Below are positions 24,961 to 37,269 of a stretch of DNA of 64,000 nucleotides, in pieces. The translations under genes were made by a program, and so were the position numbers. Location of the stretch: contig MU058844.1 of assembly GCA_013265495.1 (NCBI GenBank), forward strand, positions 9,382,184-9,446,183, in the 5' to 3' direction. Within the stretch, counting starts at the first letter, position 1. Every line of letters begins with the position of its first letter. Source of the stretch: Vicugna vicugna. Its lineage: Eukaryota. A model generated the notes under the pieces. That model made no database searches. It had not been told where the DNA came from and was given only the letters and a program-made list of their open reading frames with translations.

Positions 24961-26934
24961 CTTCCCCCTATTGTTACCTTGTATGAAGACACTATCTTAA
25001 AGATGATCAAGGAAAAAGAATTTATAGTTATTTATTTGAATTTTCTCATCCTCATGCTTTAAATATTCATACTACTACTAACATATCTGCCTGAGCACTT
25101 GACAATTTTTTAAGGAGTTCTAACATACGTTTCAACAAGAATTTAAAATTTGATTAGAGTTTCTCATAACTAAACATTAATAAAAGTGATAAATTTGTGT
25201 GTGTGTTTGTGCCAGTGAAATCACTTTCAGTTCTTTGGTTACCTATTATTTTATGTTTCATCAAAAATCTTTGCATATTTATATCAACTTTCTGTTTGCC
25301 CCTTAGATTATTCATGCCTGAGTGGAGTGTCAGCTGCAGAAATAGGAGGTTTAATGAGTTTCATGGGGATACCTCATTCCAAGAACAAAAACTGGAAAAG
25401 GAATAAAACTTAAGTGCCTGCATACTAATATGGCCCCCTGTTAGAACCAATTTCAGGACACAAGATGATAGATAGTCCCCACACAAGATACATTTCCTTT
25501 AGAAAGGCCTTTACTTCCAGTTTGGCTTTCCTTGTATAAATTAATCTCCTACTGTTCACCACACTAATTCTAAATATACAAATGACAAATACCCAAAGGT
25601 AGAAGTTACCATTACTCTACTCTAAATACTGTATTTCTCTGCACCTGCTCAGGTTTTATTTTATAGACTATTGCTTTGTTCTGCTGCTTTTTTCCCTTCT
25701 TTTTTTTTTTAAGAACCATTATTATTTATAATAGAAACGGTTGCCATAAAAATAAACATTTAACTTATTAACATTCTACACAGACATTCTTTTTCTTTGA
25801 AAGAGAGCCTTAATTTACTTTGGTGAAGATAATGCATTATAAAGCACCTTTTTTACATATTTAATATATGCTGTGGAGTGCTAGTCTATGGGGACAGCAA
25901 GCAAAGTTAATTTAAAAGAGAGAAATTTAAAGTTGATCTATGAAGCACATAAAAATGGAGAACTAAGGCAATTGCTCATGCTTTTTAGATTAAAAATTCC
26001 AATATATGTGTAAGTAAAAAGAGAAAGATTCTGGATCTGTATAATTTATATGCATTAGTTTATGTACAGCTTGTGTGCATGCACATATACATTCACAGCA
26101 AAATACACAGAATTATAATCTTGATTTTCTAATGTTTATGAAAAAATCAATCTTAAATTTTACAGTAAAAATGAAACAAAAGATTTCCAAAGAACCCTAA
26201 TTTCTTAAGCCAGGTGAAGTTTTTGAAACAATATTATCCAATGGTATTTAGAAGGAATTTATTAACTTACCTGAAACATAGGGGGAAATACTGTTTGATT
26301 TATTGCTGATCACTTTGAACTATATTTAGCACTTTAAGATGAATATCTAAATTTCCCAATTTCCTTGGATTTCAAAGAGAATAAATTTTACTCATTAAAG
26401 CAGAGAGGTGCTGATAATTCCACACATTAAAAAATACTCTGATGTGGTGCTTAGGTGACAGTGAGGAAGGAGATAGGAGAGAGGGACAAATAAGATTGAA
26501 CATTAGTGATTAATGACTAATTTATACATATATTTATATTATTACTGTGGTTGATGCTGTCTCTTGTAATCTATGCATTTATTTCATTAAAAAGTAAAAA
26601 GTATTCTTCCTTTTTGGCAAACGACCTGAGAAAAGTTAGCGATTGCTCACTTTGCATGGTTGGTATCAGAATCAGGATCAGAGTTGGGATTTGAACATTA
26701 TAGTCTGTATGACTACGAAGTCAATATCCTATCCAACATACCATGCAACAAGGAGAGGTAAACAGAATTTTGACTAAGGGCGATAAGATGTGCAAATGTG
26801 TCCAACAAGAGCATAAGTGTACTCTTAGTGCTCTTCTGTGTTGTATAGAAGGAATGAAAATGTGCCAACACCATTTACCTAAGGAACACAAACTCCTTAG
26901 AGAATGTTAAAATATTGGATACTACTACTAATGC

Positions 26935-27200
26935 CCCCATAGTGATATAAACTTTACAAAAATATTTTTTGTGACTTAGACTGCATTTATTAAAAGCTTA
27001 TTTTCTGCCAGTCATGGGTCTATTATCACATTTTATCTGTTCAACAAGCCAGTGAGGAAAGTATTATTAACCAATCTTTATAGAAGACACTGAGGTTTAA
27101 AGACTGATCAGTATCATAGAGCCCTTCAAGGATTCATCAGAATTTAATGTAAGGCCTCTATATGTCTAATCCTCCAAACTCATACTCTTTCTGCTACTCT
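26935..27200 (-). mobile_element. MIR SINE
   Basis: 'caacaagccagtgaggaaagtattattaaccaatctttatagaagacactgaggtttaaaga'. Confidence 0.6.
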
Positions 27201-27569
27201 AAGCCAAATGCTCAATACATCTAATAGAGCGGGCACTCAAGAGCCCAATGATGATTCCAAGTTAGAGAAATGGAACAATTATTGTGAACAATAATTATTC
27301 TTTCAAAATGGAAAAATCATACTTTCAGAATTTCTTTTTTATACAGAGTAACCCAACTATTTGGACTCTGAAACATCAAAATCATCTCAGTCCTTTCTTT
27401 CACTTTGCTCAAAGAAATTAAGTGGAAAAAAAAACCTCATCATCAAAATTTTTTCAATTAGATGAAGAAATAATAAAGGACATTCCTATAAACTTTCTTG
27501 AATGTGATAATAGCAAATGCTACAATGTTTCCAATCATTATTTAGGAAGGCCATCTATCTTAACAGTTG

Positions 27570-28270
27570 AACATCATTGCTCTAGAGTTCTGACTCCCAG
27601 AATCCAAATCCTAATTCTAGAACTTATTTCCTTAAGTGATGGCATAGCTAATCTAACTTTCCCCCAGTGTGTAATGGGGCTAATAATACCCCCAAGAACC
27701 ATTTAGGATGCTTGATTATAAACTTCAAAACAAATTTAAATAACCAAAATGCATTAGCCCATGTAAATTAAGAGTTCCGAAGTTTCAAGAATGTCTTGAT
27801 CAACGCCTTGGCTCCATTTTTCTAAGGGTTTGTGCCAATATTGGCTTACTTTGGGTTGGCCAAATGTCTGCAATCTGCAGCCTCCCATCTCACACTGTTC
27901 CCTCCAGAGAAGGAGAGCCCTACTCGTCCCACAAATGTCAAATACAAGCCCTTCAAGCTTCATCTGGATTTAATCGTCTAGAGGTTCATGCCTGCTCTTT
28001 AAAATTGTTTCTGTAGCAGGGAGAATGGCAAAGAGTACTCTCACTGATTTAGGCCAATCTGTTGATCTGGGACTGGGTTCAGTCTTAAACAGACCGTGCA
28101 GCAGCTTCACAATGAGGAAAGAGACAGAAAGGGCAGTTGACAATGCCAAAATCAATGTCCTCTGCAGCCTGCCTTGTAGGGTGGTTGTAGGGTGAAAGAA
28201 ATAATGTATGTAATGCACCCAGCAGGGCTTCTGACATACAGTAAAAGGTACATGAATGCTAGATAATATT
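27570..28270 (+). mobile_element. MIR SINE split by a nested MLT1 LTR
   Basis: The 5' part ends 'tgtaatggggctaataatacc' (~27690). The 3' part resumes 'cctgccttgtagggtggttgtagggtgaaagaaataatgtatgtaatgcacccagca' (~28167). Confidence 0.65.
27705..28165 (-). mobile_element. MLT1 (K/L-like) LTR nested in the MIR
   Basis: Contains 'atttaggatgct..cattagcccatgtaa' and 'catgcctgctctttaaaattgtttctgtagcagggagaatg', and ends 'aatgtcctctgca' (consensus-like aatgtccactaca). Confidence 0.55.
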
Positions 28271-28927
28271 TTTCTTCTAATGCTTTTATTTTATTTGATA
28301 ATTTTATGAGTAAGCCATCAAAAATATTGACGGAAAGATTACATACAGTATCTTAGAAATAACTGTTCTAGGATATAATTCTATATAACTGAACCAGACT
28401 GTTGTTATTTTATGTGCTAAATTTGGGTTTAAAGAGAACCAAATCATATATCTTGATTTAAGCAATTCATTGCTTTCATCCTGCCTAATTTTTCTTGATG
28501 AAAAATATTTATAAATTAAATTAATCTTTCAGCAACAGTTGATCTGGCAATAAAAACCACAGTAGAATAGCTTCATTAACTAGTCCGTTGGTTCTCAAGC
28601 TGCATGTACTTGTATACTTTGGAATGCACCAGTTTTTGCCTGAATACTTAAAGGGATTAAAAGAAAATGTGTGATTTTTTTAAAGCACACTTCAGAAAAA
28701 TGAAGGGAAGAAAACTCCTCATTTCACAGTTATTCAGCTATGCTCTTCAGAGCTGAACCACTGTGTAGTTTTATTTTCTACTCTGACCACACTCTTATGA
28801 ACTTGCAAGACAAAGTTTTCATGCATGTTCTGATTTAAAAAAAAAAAGTCATATCTGTTTTTTTCATCTTCCCTTTCCTTTTACCTCTTTTTCTTCTTGT
28901 AAGAGATTCTCCAAAACCAACTTTCCA

Positions 28928-29040
28928 TAATGATAATAATAGCTAAAACCTATTGAGTGTCCATAATTTCCCAGAAACTGTTTTAAGTTTTTTACATGTA
29001 TTAATTCTTTTAATCCTCAAAATGGTGCAGGGTTGTTATG
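28928..29040 (-). mobile_element. MIR 3' fragment
   Basis: 'ataataatagctaaaacctattgagtg..ttacatgtattaattcttttaatcctca'. Confidence 0.7.
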
Positions 29041-29180
29041 ATCCTTTATGCAGCAGCACCCACTATTACTGCAGATCTTTGAGTATGTCTGTCTTTTGTA
29101 GTAATATATGCTTTAAGGAGTTATATTTGTAGTTTGAATAAATCACTATAAGAAAGAATGCTTATATAGTCATCCATCAA

Positions 29181-29212
29181 TACACACACACACACATACA
29201 CACATACACACA
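29181..29212. repeat. Imperfect (CA)n microsatellite
   Basis: Seen directly. Confidence 0.9.
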
Positions 29213-29442
29213 TATCTACCCCTACTAAATGCTAAGTCTAGAGCTTTTTAACTAGCATGAGTCTCCATGCATAGGAGCCCCACAGTTCCTGAGTTTACTG
29301 CTTTGGATTCATGCACACACAAAGCCTGCCTACCCATCGCTGAATCAGTTTCAAGATCGTAGAAAAGATATCTGATTGGCCCAGCTAGGGTCAAGTGTCC
29401 ATAAATGATTCACTAGTCTATATCCAGGAGGAAGAATCTTGT

Positions 29443-29515
29443 AGGAAAGAAAAAGGAGGAGGAAGAAGAGAAAGAGGAAGAAAGAGGAAAGAGGAGGAGG
29501 AAAAGGAGAAGGATA
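29443..29515. repeat. GA-rich purine tract
   Basis: Seen directly. Confidence 0.85.
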
Positions 29516-30424
29516 AAATATATCATAGACCCATCAGTTTTTGCTATGAGTAATAATGTCCCTGATAAAAGGAAGCAATTTTATATCTGTGCTTAGCAGG
29601 ATTAGAGGAAATTGGGAAATACAGAGATCAGCAGATGGTGTACAAAAGAAAATTAAAGATACCTTGTAGAGAGAAAGTTTCTTAGTTTTATGCCTAAGGA
29701 TCTGAGCAAGTGCTTTAGTAATGAGCATGGTAAATGTATGAATTATTTATAGTTATTGTGTTTAACTGCACAACACACTTGGTTTTCTCTGCATTGTGAG
29801 CTGAATCATTCTCACTCAATTTCTCATAATTTGAGTCAAAGCAACCTTCCTAATATTATTATAAAGTTGTATTGAAATAGGGACTTCCCTCAGAAATTAT
29901 AGTTAAGATAAGTATACTTAGAGCAGAACACATTAAGTAGCAAAACTTATAGAATATTGCAGCAATCAGACATTGCTGTCTGCAAGTATTCTGCCATAAT
30001 AGTAATTCTTTTTTTTTAAATGCTATTTCTACAAGAAAAGAAGTGAAGGAGACTATAAAAACAAAGCAAAACAAAAAACAACTGCAGTGATCAGTTCCCT
30101 GGACATGATGTCTCTAGAAGTCTCTTCACACCATTTCATAGAGAGTCCCGCTTTAACTGAGTTCAGTCAGAAGCTGTCTGTGAGCTTCTCTCTTCTTGGT
30201 ATGTTCACCCTTTCTTTCCACTGTACTAAGCACCATAGTTTTCTTTGTTAACGTGAATAACCACAGATTTATTCATTTTTTAAGAAGCTAGCTAGTTTGT
30301 GACAGCCCCTGTGAATTATTAACATGTGGAGTAAAAGAAAGAAAAAGATACTGCATTATCAATCCAAATTTAATCTCAAATCATGAATCTGAATCTTACC
30401 TCATATCCAGGTTCTTTTAAAGAA

Positions 30425-31350
30425 AACATTTGGTATTACCGGTCTTTTAATTTTAACAATTCCAGTTTCTGTGCAGTGACACCTCATTACAGTTTTAATT
30501 TGCATTCCCCTGATGACTGATGATGCTGAACATGTTTTCACGTATTTTGGCCACCTGAATCTCCTCTATTTTGTGTAGTTTTACCTTTTCCCTATTTACA
30601 AAATTGAGGTCTGTGCTTTTCTTATAGATTGATTTTCTTAATCTTATGGATTGGTTATCTTTTGAATAAGATGTATCCTGAAGACAAGCTTTCTGTTGGA
30701 TGTATGTGAGGCAATCATCTTGTTCCAGTCAGTGGCTTATTTTTCCACTCTCAAAATAGCGTCCTTTGTGAAATAGGTATTCTTAATTTTATAAAAACTA
30801 ATTTATCAGTTTTTTCTTTCATTGTTTGCTTTTTGTGAACTGTTTCAGGGATTTTTGCATACCTCAAACACTTGTAGGCCTTCTCCTATATTTTATTCTG
30901 GAAGCTTTATGACTTAATTTTTTATATTTGTATTTATTATACATCTCAAATTAATTTTTATGAGTCAAGATTTATCCATATTATTTATGAATATTCAACT
31001 TACCCAGCACTATTGATTGAAAAGATTATTTTTGTACAATGCCAGTGGTGTTTTTATCACAAAACTGATGAACACACACGTGTGAAATCTATCTCTGAAC
31101 TCTATTGTGTTTTCTTAATCTATATGTTTATACTTGCACCAATATCACATATTCATAAGTACTATAGATTTATAAATCTTGATATGTAGGAGTATAAGTA
31201 GTCCAGCTTTATTCTTCTTCAAGATTTCCTCGACTCATATAATTTCTTTGCATTTCCTCATGAAGTTTTAGAATTTTCTTCTTAATTTTCATCTTTAAAA
31301 AATCTGCTGGGGTTTTGATTGCAATTTTGTCGAATATAGAGTAATTTAAA
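30425..31350 (-). mobile_element. Old L1 (L1MD/ME-like) ORF2 3' part
   Basis: Contains 'ctcattacagttttaatttgcattcccctgatgactgatgatgctgaacatgttttca', 'cccagcactattgattgaaaagatta' and 'ctgctggggttttgattgcaatt'. Confidence 0.85.
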
Positions 31351-31358
31351 ATCTTTAG

Positions 31359-31560
31359 TGTTTTGGTTTTCTGTTGCTGAGTAACAAATTACCACACATT
31401 TAGGGAATTAGCACAACACTCATTAATCATCTCATTTTCCATAATCCAAAGTCTAGATATAGTTTATCTGCGTTTTCTACACAGGGTCAGGGCTCACTAG
31501 GCTATAGTCAAATTGTTGTCGGTCTGGAATCCGATCTGAAACTCAGGGTTCTCATTCAAG
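31359..31560 (-). mobile_element. MLT1 LTR, left part (interrupted by the PM20D1 retrocopy)
   Basis: 'tgttttggttttctgttgctgagtaacaaattaccacacatttag..acaacac..atctca..ctcactaggcta..tcaa' is a typical antisense MLT1D/E start. Confidence 0.8.
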
Positions 31561-31650
31561 TTTTCTTTCTTTCTTTCTCTCTCTTTCTTTCTCTCCCCTT
31601 TCTCTCTTTTCTTTTCCTTCCTTCCTTCCTACCTTCCTTCCTTCCTCTCT
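31561..31650. repeat. (TTTC)/(TTCC) pyrimidine tract, probably the decayed poly(A) tail of the retrocopy
   Basis: Starts ~15 nt downstream (minus sense) of AATAAA, which is tttatt at 31665-31670 on the plus strand. Confidence 0.8.
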
Positions 31651-32732
31651 GCTGCATAGTTCACTTTATTTGACTAATTGTTGTGATATGTACAGTAGAA
31701 TCACAGTTGGACTGTTTTGCTCCAGATGTAAAATAAATTGGAGGGGAGCGGAGGGGATGGGGAGCAGGAGAGAAAAGAAGGGGAAAGGAATTCACAGCAA
31801 GAAATATCTAAGCCCTGGAGAAAGCAGCCCAAGGAGAATGTCTTAAATTAAACACTCCCAGCAGGTAAAGCCTGGCTGATATTTTTCAAATCTACATTTG
31901 GTAAGTCAGGCCTAGAGGGTGAAGTAGTTAAATAACCAGAATAAGACAGACAAGCCAGATACCTTCTAAGATAGGAGGGCAGTCAAGGGATGGAGAAGTC
32001 AAATCGGAAGGAGGGAGAACCAGATTCCTGCTGGCCCTCCCTCACTCCCTTGTTCTTGGTTGAGTTGAGGAGTGAGCAAGTGGGCAATGTATTACAATGT
32101 GATTTTGACCAAAAGTTTCACCTACATTGGCTTTCCCCTTTGGGCTAGTCCTGGCCCAAGATCATACACACCTAATCCAGCTGGTTCTTCAACCTGACAG
32201 TTTGTACACATGAAAAACTGGCCCCAGGTCTGTGTCAGTATTTTAGATCAACTCAAAAATAAATTTCATATGGGATTCATAGGCTTGACCTGAGATTGTA
32301 TTGCTGATTCCTTGGATTCCACTGAAGCCCTGAGGCTGGAGGTAGACTGGGCTGAACAAGGAGATGCCAGTGGTGAGGCTCATATAGATTCAGCTGTCTA
32401 TGTTTCCAGTACAAGTACCTGAGGGGCAATAGTAACTTCCTGGAAGATGGACTGCATGATCTGGTGAAGCAGCTGGTAACCCAAGGCCTCACTGTCATCA
32501 GGACTGATGGACAGGGGTCAAAGGCACCCAATACATGAAACACATCAGCCTCAGTGCTCTTGATGAGCCCTAGGAACTACTGGAGTATCTATCTGTGCAG
32601 GGTGAATCTGGAAATTGATTGTACCCTGGATCATTGAGGGGATAACATTTACTTGACCCCTGCATTAAACATGGTAAATGCCATGAAGGTTCTCATCAGC
32701 TTATTGGTTATGTGGTTTCTCTCCATTAACCT
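31561..32732 (-). pseudogene. PM20D1: 5'-truncated processed pseudogene (retrocopy) of PM20D1 (N-fatty-acyl-amino-acid synthase/hydrolase, M20 family). CDS remnant 32732-32195, 3' UTR 32194-31651, then the tail.
   Basis: Manual minus-strand translation across frameshifts gives RLMERNHITNKLMRTFMAFTMFNAGVK-NVIPSMIQGTINFQIHPAQ..FHVLGAFDP-SISPDDSEALGYQLLHQIMQSIFQEVTIAP-GTCTGNIDS*IYMSLTTGISLFSPVYLQPQGFSGIQGISNTISGQAYESHMKFIFELI*NTDTDLGPVFHVYKL. This is collinear with the recalled PM20D1 C-terminus (RFMERNPLTNAIIRTTTALTIFKAGVKFNVIP..FHVLSAFDPLPVSPSDDKALGYQLLRQ..QAYETQVKFIFELIQNADTDQEPVSHLHKL). It has no introns, stops at 32390-32392 and 32243-32245, several frameshifts, and AATAAA plus a tail. Confidence 0.93.
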
Positions 32733-32780
32733 GAGGCCTGGGTCTCTTTCTACTTTAGGTCTGCCCTCAGAGGTCAAGAA
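32733..32780 (-). mobile_element. MLT1 LTR, right part (resumes after the retrocopy)
   Basis: 'ctgaggcctgggtctctttct..ctgccctcag' parallels 'gactgaggccctcagttcct' of the in-window MLT1 at ~22795. Confidence 0.5.
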
Positions 32781-32834
32781 TCAGTATTTATTTCTTGACT
32801 ATGTAGAACTCACTACTCATCATGATAACACATC

Positions 32835-33240
32835 ATATATTTTATGTGTTACTTTATTTGACTTGCTAATGTTTATGTAAGGCTTTGTTTACATGTCATG
32901 AAAGATACTGGCCTGTGGTTTTGCTTTCTTATGTTACCTTGTTAGGTATCAGATTTATTAACAGATTGTTAATATCAGGTTTATTCTAACCTCTATAATA
33001 CATTGGAAAGTATTTCCTCTTGTTATTTGCCAAGGAATTTTTTTGTTTTGTTTTGCTTTGATTAGTACTATGTATTTTTTATATGTTTAGAAAAACTCAC
33101 AAGTAATGGCTGGCATTTTATCATTTGTGAAGATTTAAAGATATAGATCCAGTTTCTTCATTAGATACAGAACTGTTCAGACATCACTTTTTATTATGTC
33201 ACTTTTGGTAAGTTGTCTTTCTTAAGGAATTTTTCTAGTC
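32835..33240 (-). mobile_element. Old L1 ORF2 fragment
   Basis: Contains 'tttgacttgctaatg..catgaaagatactggcctgtggttttgctttctt' and 'ttggtaagttgtctttcttaaggaattt'. Confidence 0.7.
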
Positions 33241-36200
33241 GTGTATCCTATCTTCCTTCTGTGTTGGTCTCAGGCCAGGCTTCCAGAATCTCCACCCCCA
33301 CTCAGCTACCAATGACAAAGTATGTTAATTATTAACAGAAATTCTTTTGAAATTGTTAAGTAAGTTTACTAACTAATAATGATTGATATATTTGACAGTT
33401 TTCCATATCTTTCTCATAACCAACCAAACATAACCAACAATCAAGAAATGTTTATTTGTATTTTGTGTCTTTTAAATACATTTTCTCTGAAAGTTTTTGG
33501 TTTCTATAAATTTTGCTAGTGAAAACTCAGTAGCTGAAGTGAAAGAGCTAGTAAAAAGTTTGAAAAGACCGAAGGCTCCTTTTAGTATGTGATTCTGTCC
33601 ACTGCAATTTGTCGCCAATTGGTCATCTAAACGTCCCCTCAATAAGTCACTGATGTGGCTATGTTTTATAATAAAAATGAACTTATTCATGTCTTAATAA
33701 TGTCAGAACATCATAATATAATGTGGAAAATCCAAGTGACCATCTGAATATTGATAGCTTGTACCTAAAATACACAATTTTTGACTATTTCATTCTTTAT
33801 ATGGATATATATTTTCAAGAAATTCTAAAGACACTTCAATACCTGGGTACTAAGGTATTAGCAAATATACCTGAATTTGGGGGAATATGGAATTTGTTAT
33901 GATATAGTTAATACTTATATAAAATATATTTAAATTTTTTTAAAAGATTGGGAATAATTCATTAATCTGTGAAATGGCAGTACTAGACTGAACATTTGGG
34001 AATTTTGACTTTTATTTCCTTATTATGTCTTAGATAGTTTTTACCTATTACAGACACTTAAAATTCTACCAAAATTTTACTTACTTGAAACTAGGCTTAC
34101 AATACTATATCTTCTTCTTGTCTAATCAGCCAGAGATATTTTCATCAAACATAAAGAGGTAAAGTTTTCAATTTATACCATCCTAAAAGTCACAAAAAAA
34201 TCAGGCAAATAATTATCTGATTTTGTTCTTTGGTTGATTGGTGTTTTCACTCTCTTGCCTGGTTTTGAATACTCTTGGAAGGGCATACAAAGTTACTGGT
34301 CGGGTTAGTGAAGGACCAGCGGAGAGCATGCATGCTCAAACAAGGACAGTGTTGCACAAGTATAAGCTGATTATTCTGAGCTGTGTGCTAAGCGTCATCA
34401 ATGTTTCACACACCAAATATACAGTGTTTGCACAGAAGCCCAACAGAAGACCGCTCCTCTTGTGCATTTGCTGCTTTCCCCTCTCCCTCTGCCTGGGTAG
34501 GTTCCTGTGAATGCTCAATTGACATGACAAATGCTCCTTCCTCTTACTGCCAAATCCCTCTGATGGCCTCTCTCTAGACCTCAGTCCCTCATTATCCAAT
34601 TTATAAACTAATGGTTAAATGGCTTATACCATTTATTTTCTTATGCCAATGTGAATATGAGTTTGTGCCCAAAACCCAGGGAAACAGATCTGTAAGTGTT
34701 TAATACAGAGGTGAAAATGTATGACCAGCTTTCCCTGTAGGTATCTACTTGACAGTCTGATGGACGAGAACTTTGCTTAAATATACTATAATATTGAGAT
34801 TTCTTCACCTAGGTGTTCAGTCCTTTGTGTTCTCAGTATTAAAATCCATGTATTTTTTATTGGGTAGGGTCATACCTTGCACTACTAACCTCTTGCCCTT
34901 AGGAAAGAATCAATTGAAAACTAGTTTCAGTATTAATGGGCAAAAAGAACAACTGCCAAGGTTAGAAAAGAGATCAGGATAATGGAAGGAGGAGCCCAGC
35001 ATGAAAGTGAAACGTTTGGGGTGCAGGAAGATGATTTCCTATAGATTCTTCCCAGATTTGCCATGGTTCATTTTGCAAAATGATGTATACTTATTTTGCT
35101 TTGATAAAAAAATGCAGGCTACATTTTTAATCCTTTCATATGGGTTATCTAAATGCAGAGAAGAGTTATTTCTCCCTTCTGCTATATTTGGAAGTGTTTT
35201 CAATTAAACAGATATCTCTCCTCTTTGCTTAAAAGAGTATAAAAGACTTTTTTCCCCCTAAACACAGGAGATGTGTACAGATTGAGATTAAACTGTTGGG
35301 GGTAAAAAGACAAGACACATAGCTTATCTTCTGCAAACTCTTTGCATTTTCCATTAATCCCTTGTTACAGCAGTTTCAGAATCTCTGTGAATCTAATATT
35401 AGTATCATGGAACTTTAGAGCTGATAAACACAATCTAATTTACACCCCTTATTTCCCAGGTGATGAATAAAGATCTCCCAAATCTCAGTTCAGAGGTTAC
35501 TCCATAGCATCAAAATGCCATTGTCTTCTTACATATTCATTTTTATTTATAATTGTTTCAGGAATAGAACTGATATCTGTAAAAAGAATAATGTTCAGAT
35601 TAGTTACCACGTTGGAGTAATCTTTGAATAAGTGTTTTAGACAAAGCACATTCTTTTAGTATGTATTTTGTTCAAAAACTGAGTAGTGGTTTTCCTTATT
35701 TTCATGTCATATGGAAATGCTGAAATGATATCAATATTAAAGGCATACAAATTAATATGAAATCCGGTCAAAATTCTCATTCTCCCTTGGCTAAGTGGAG
35801 TTACCAGAAATAACACACATCACTAGAAACTTCTATTTTAAAAAAAACATAAACCCAAGCCTTCAAGTGAGAAATACTAACAAACAGTCTAACTTTAATG
35901 AAAGTTCAAGTTACTTGCACTTTAAAGCATAAAATGTTACTGAAAATCCTTCTTTTAAATTGATACAGTGTTTTTAATTTTATGCAGTGCTCTAAGATTT
36001 GAGTGTCCTACAGCTCTGGTATCCTTCTGTTCATTAAATGAATTATTTTGAACAAAGAGCTGACTCCTTGAAAAGTGTGTTGTTGCATTTCACTAAGTGA
36101 ATGTCTAGCAGATCAAGAAAATAAATTTAAATTCTTCTGACTTAACAGAGAATATTTTAGTGCTACACAATAGAGAATGAAATCAGCTTAGTCACTTGAA

Positions 36201-36690
36201 ATTTTAGAGGTTATTTCAACTAAAAATTATCTTAGGGGTGAGTATTATCACAAAACACATAGAATAAATGTTTTAAATTATTAGATTTATAAAATATTAG
36301 ATCTATAATATTTTACTAATTATAAGAATGTTTATCTCACTAGTTAGAGATACCCTGTCTTGAGCAATTTCCTTCCTTCTTCCAACTTCAGACAGTGGGA
36401 TACAATACGGAAAATAAAGTCTATGAAATAAAATAACTGTTTTTAAAAAAATACCTGACCACTATTCTTTCAAGTTAGCTGTATTTTGAGCGTTACTTTC
36501 TATGCTCATCTAAGACTGTGGGACAACATTTTAAGAATCACTGTTTTGAACTGCTTTTCCCTTATCTACTTCAAATCTATTCCAATTGCCTCTTTTTCTA
36601 AAACTTTATTTGCTCATTCTGGTTGAAAGTTTTCCCCTCTTCTGAATAACATATTTTTCTGGTACATGGAATGTATTTTTTATTATCTGC

Positions 36691-36772
36691 TATTATTTTG
36701 AATCATGTAAAATTGCCATTTAAAAAGTCAAACCATTAAAATGTTGGCAGTTTCATTTAATTCAAATTAATA
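36691..36772. mobile_element. MADE2-like Mariner MITE (~80 bp, imperfect palindrome) inside an L2 fragment
   Basis: 'tattattttgaatcatgtaaaattgccatt..gtcaaa..ttggcagtttcatttaattcaaattaata' matches the MADE2 pattern (tattaggttgaaccatatgaaattgcc..ggcaatttcatatggttcaacctaata), with TA ends. Confidence 0.75.
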
Positions 36773-37269
36773 TATGCCAAGTAGTTCGTGCATGCTTTCA
36801 AATGTGATTCATTTTATTCCCTCACGTACTCATTGTACATTACGTTTTATTATGTGTAATTAATACATATCATTTTCCATCTAGCTTATGAACTCCCTAA
36901 GAAAAGAACTGTCACATTTTTAGTTCTTAATGAAGAAGAGCACAAAACAATGTCTGTTGAATGAGCAAATCAAACAACAGTAGAGAAGGAGCAAATACAG
37001 TCATTGCATTAACAAATCCACTTTTAACATTTCTCAGCCAAAGTTTCTTCTGTAAAACATAGTTAGAAAAAAGAAAAGCAATATAAAAATTTCTTCAATA
37101 TAAGAAAGCAGTATATAATATATATGGCTTTGTTTCTATTTTCATCATATTCCAGCTCTTAGAACCAGCACTCAACCTGTTACTGAAACTATTTTCCCCT
37201 AGGTTTCTGTAATACCATATTTGCCTCATTTTCCTCTTAGTTTGTCATCTTCTAAATATGTCATTCTAA

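Noticed and set aside
26807..26835. Small hairpins here and at ~41153-41170, ~56266-56289 and ~62523-62543
   Set aside because: Stems of 7-11 bp, some with bulges, are expected by chance in 64 kb.
34324..34337. 14-bp palindrome GAGCATGCATGCTC
   Set aside because: Several 7-bp-arm palindromes are expected by chance (64000/4^7 is about 4).
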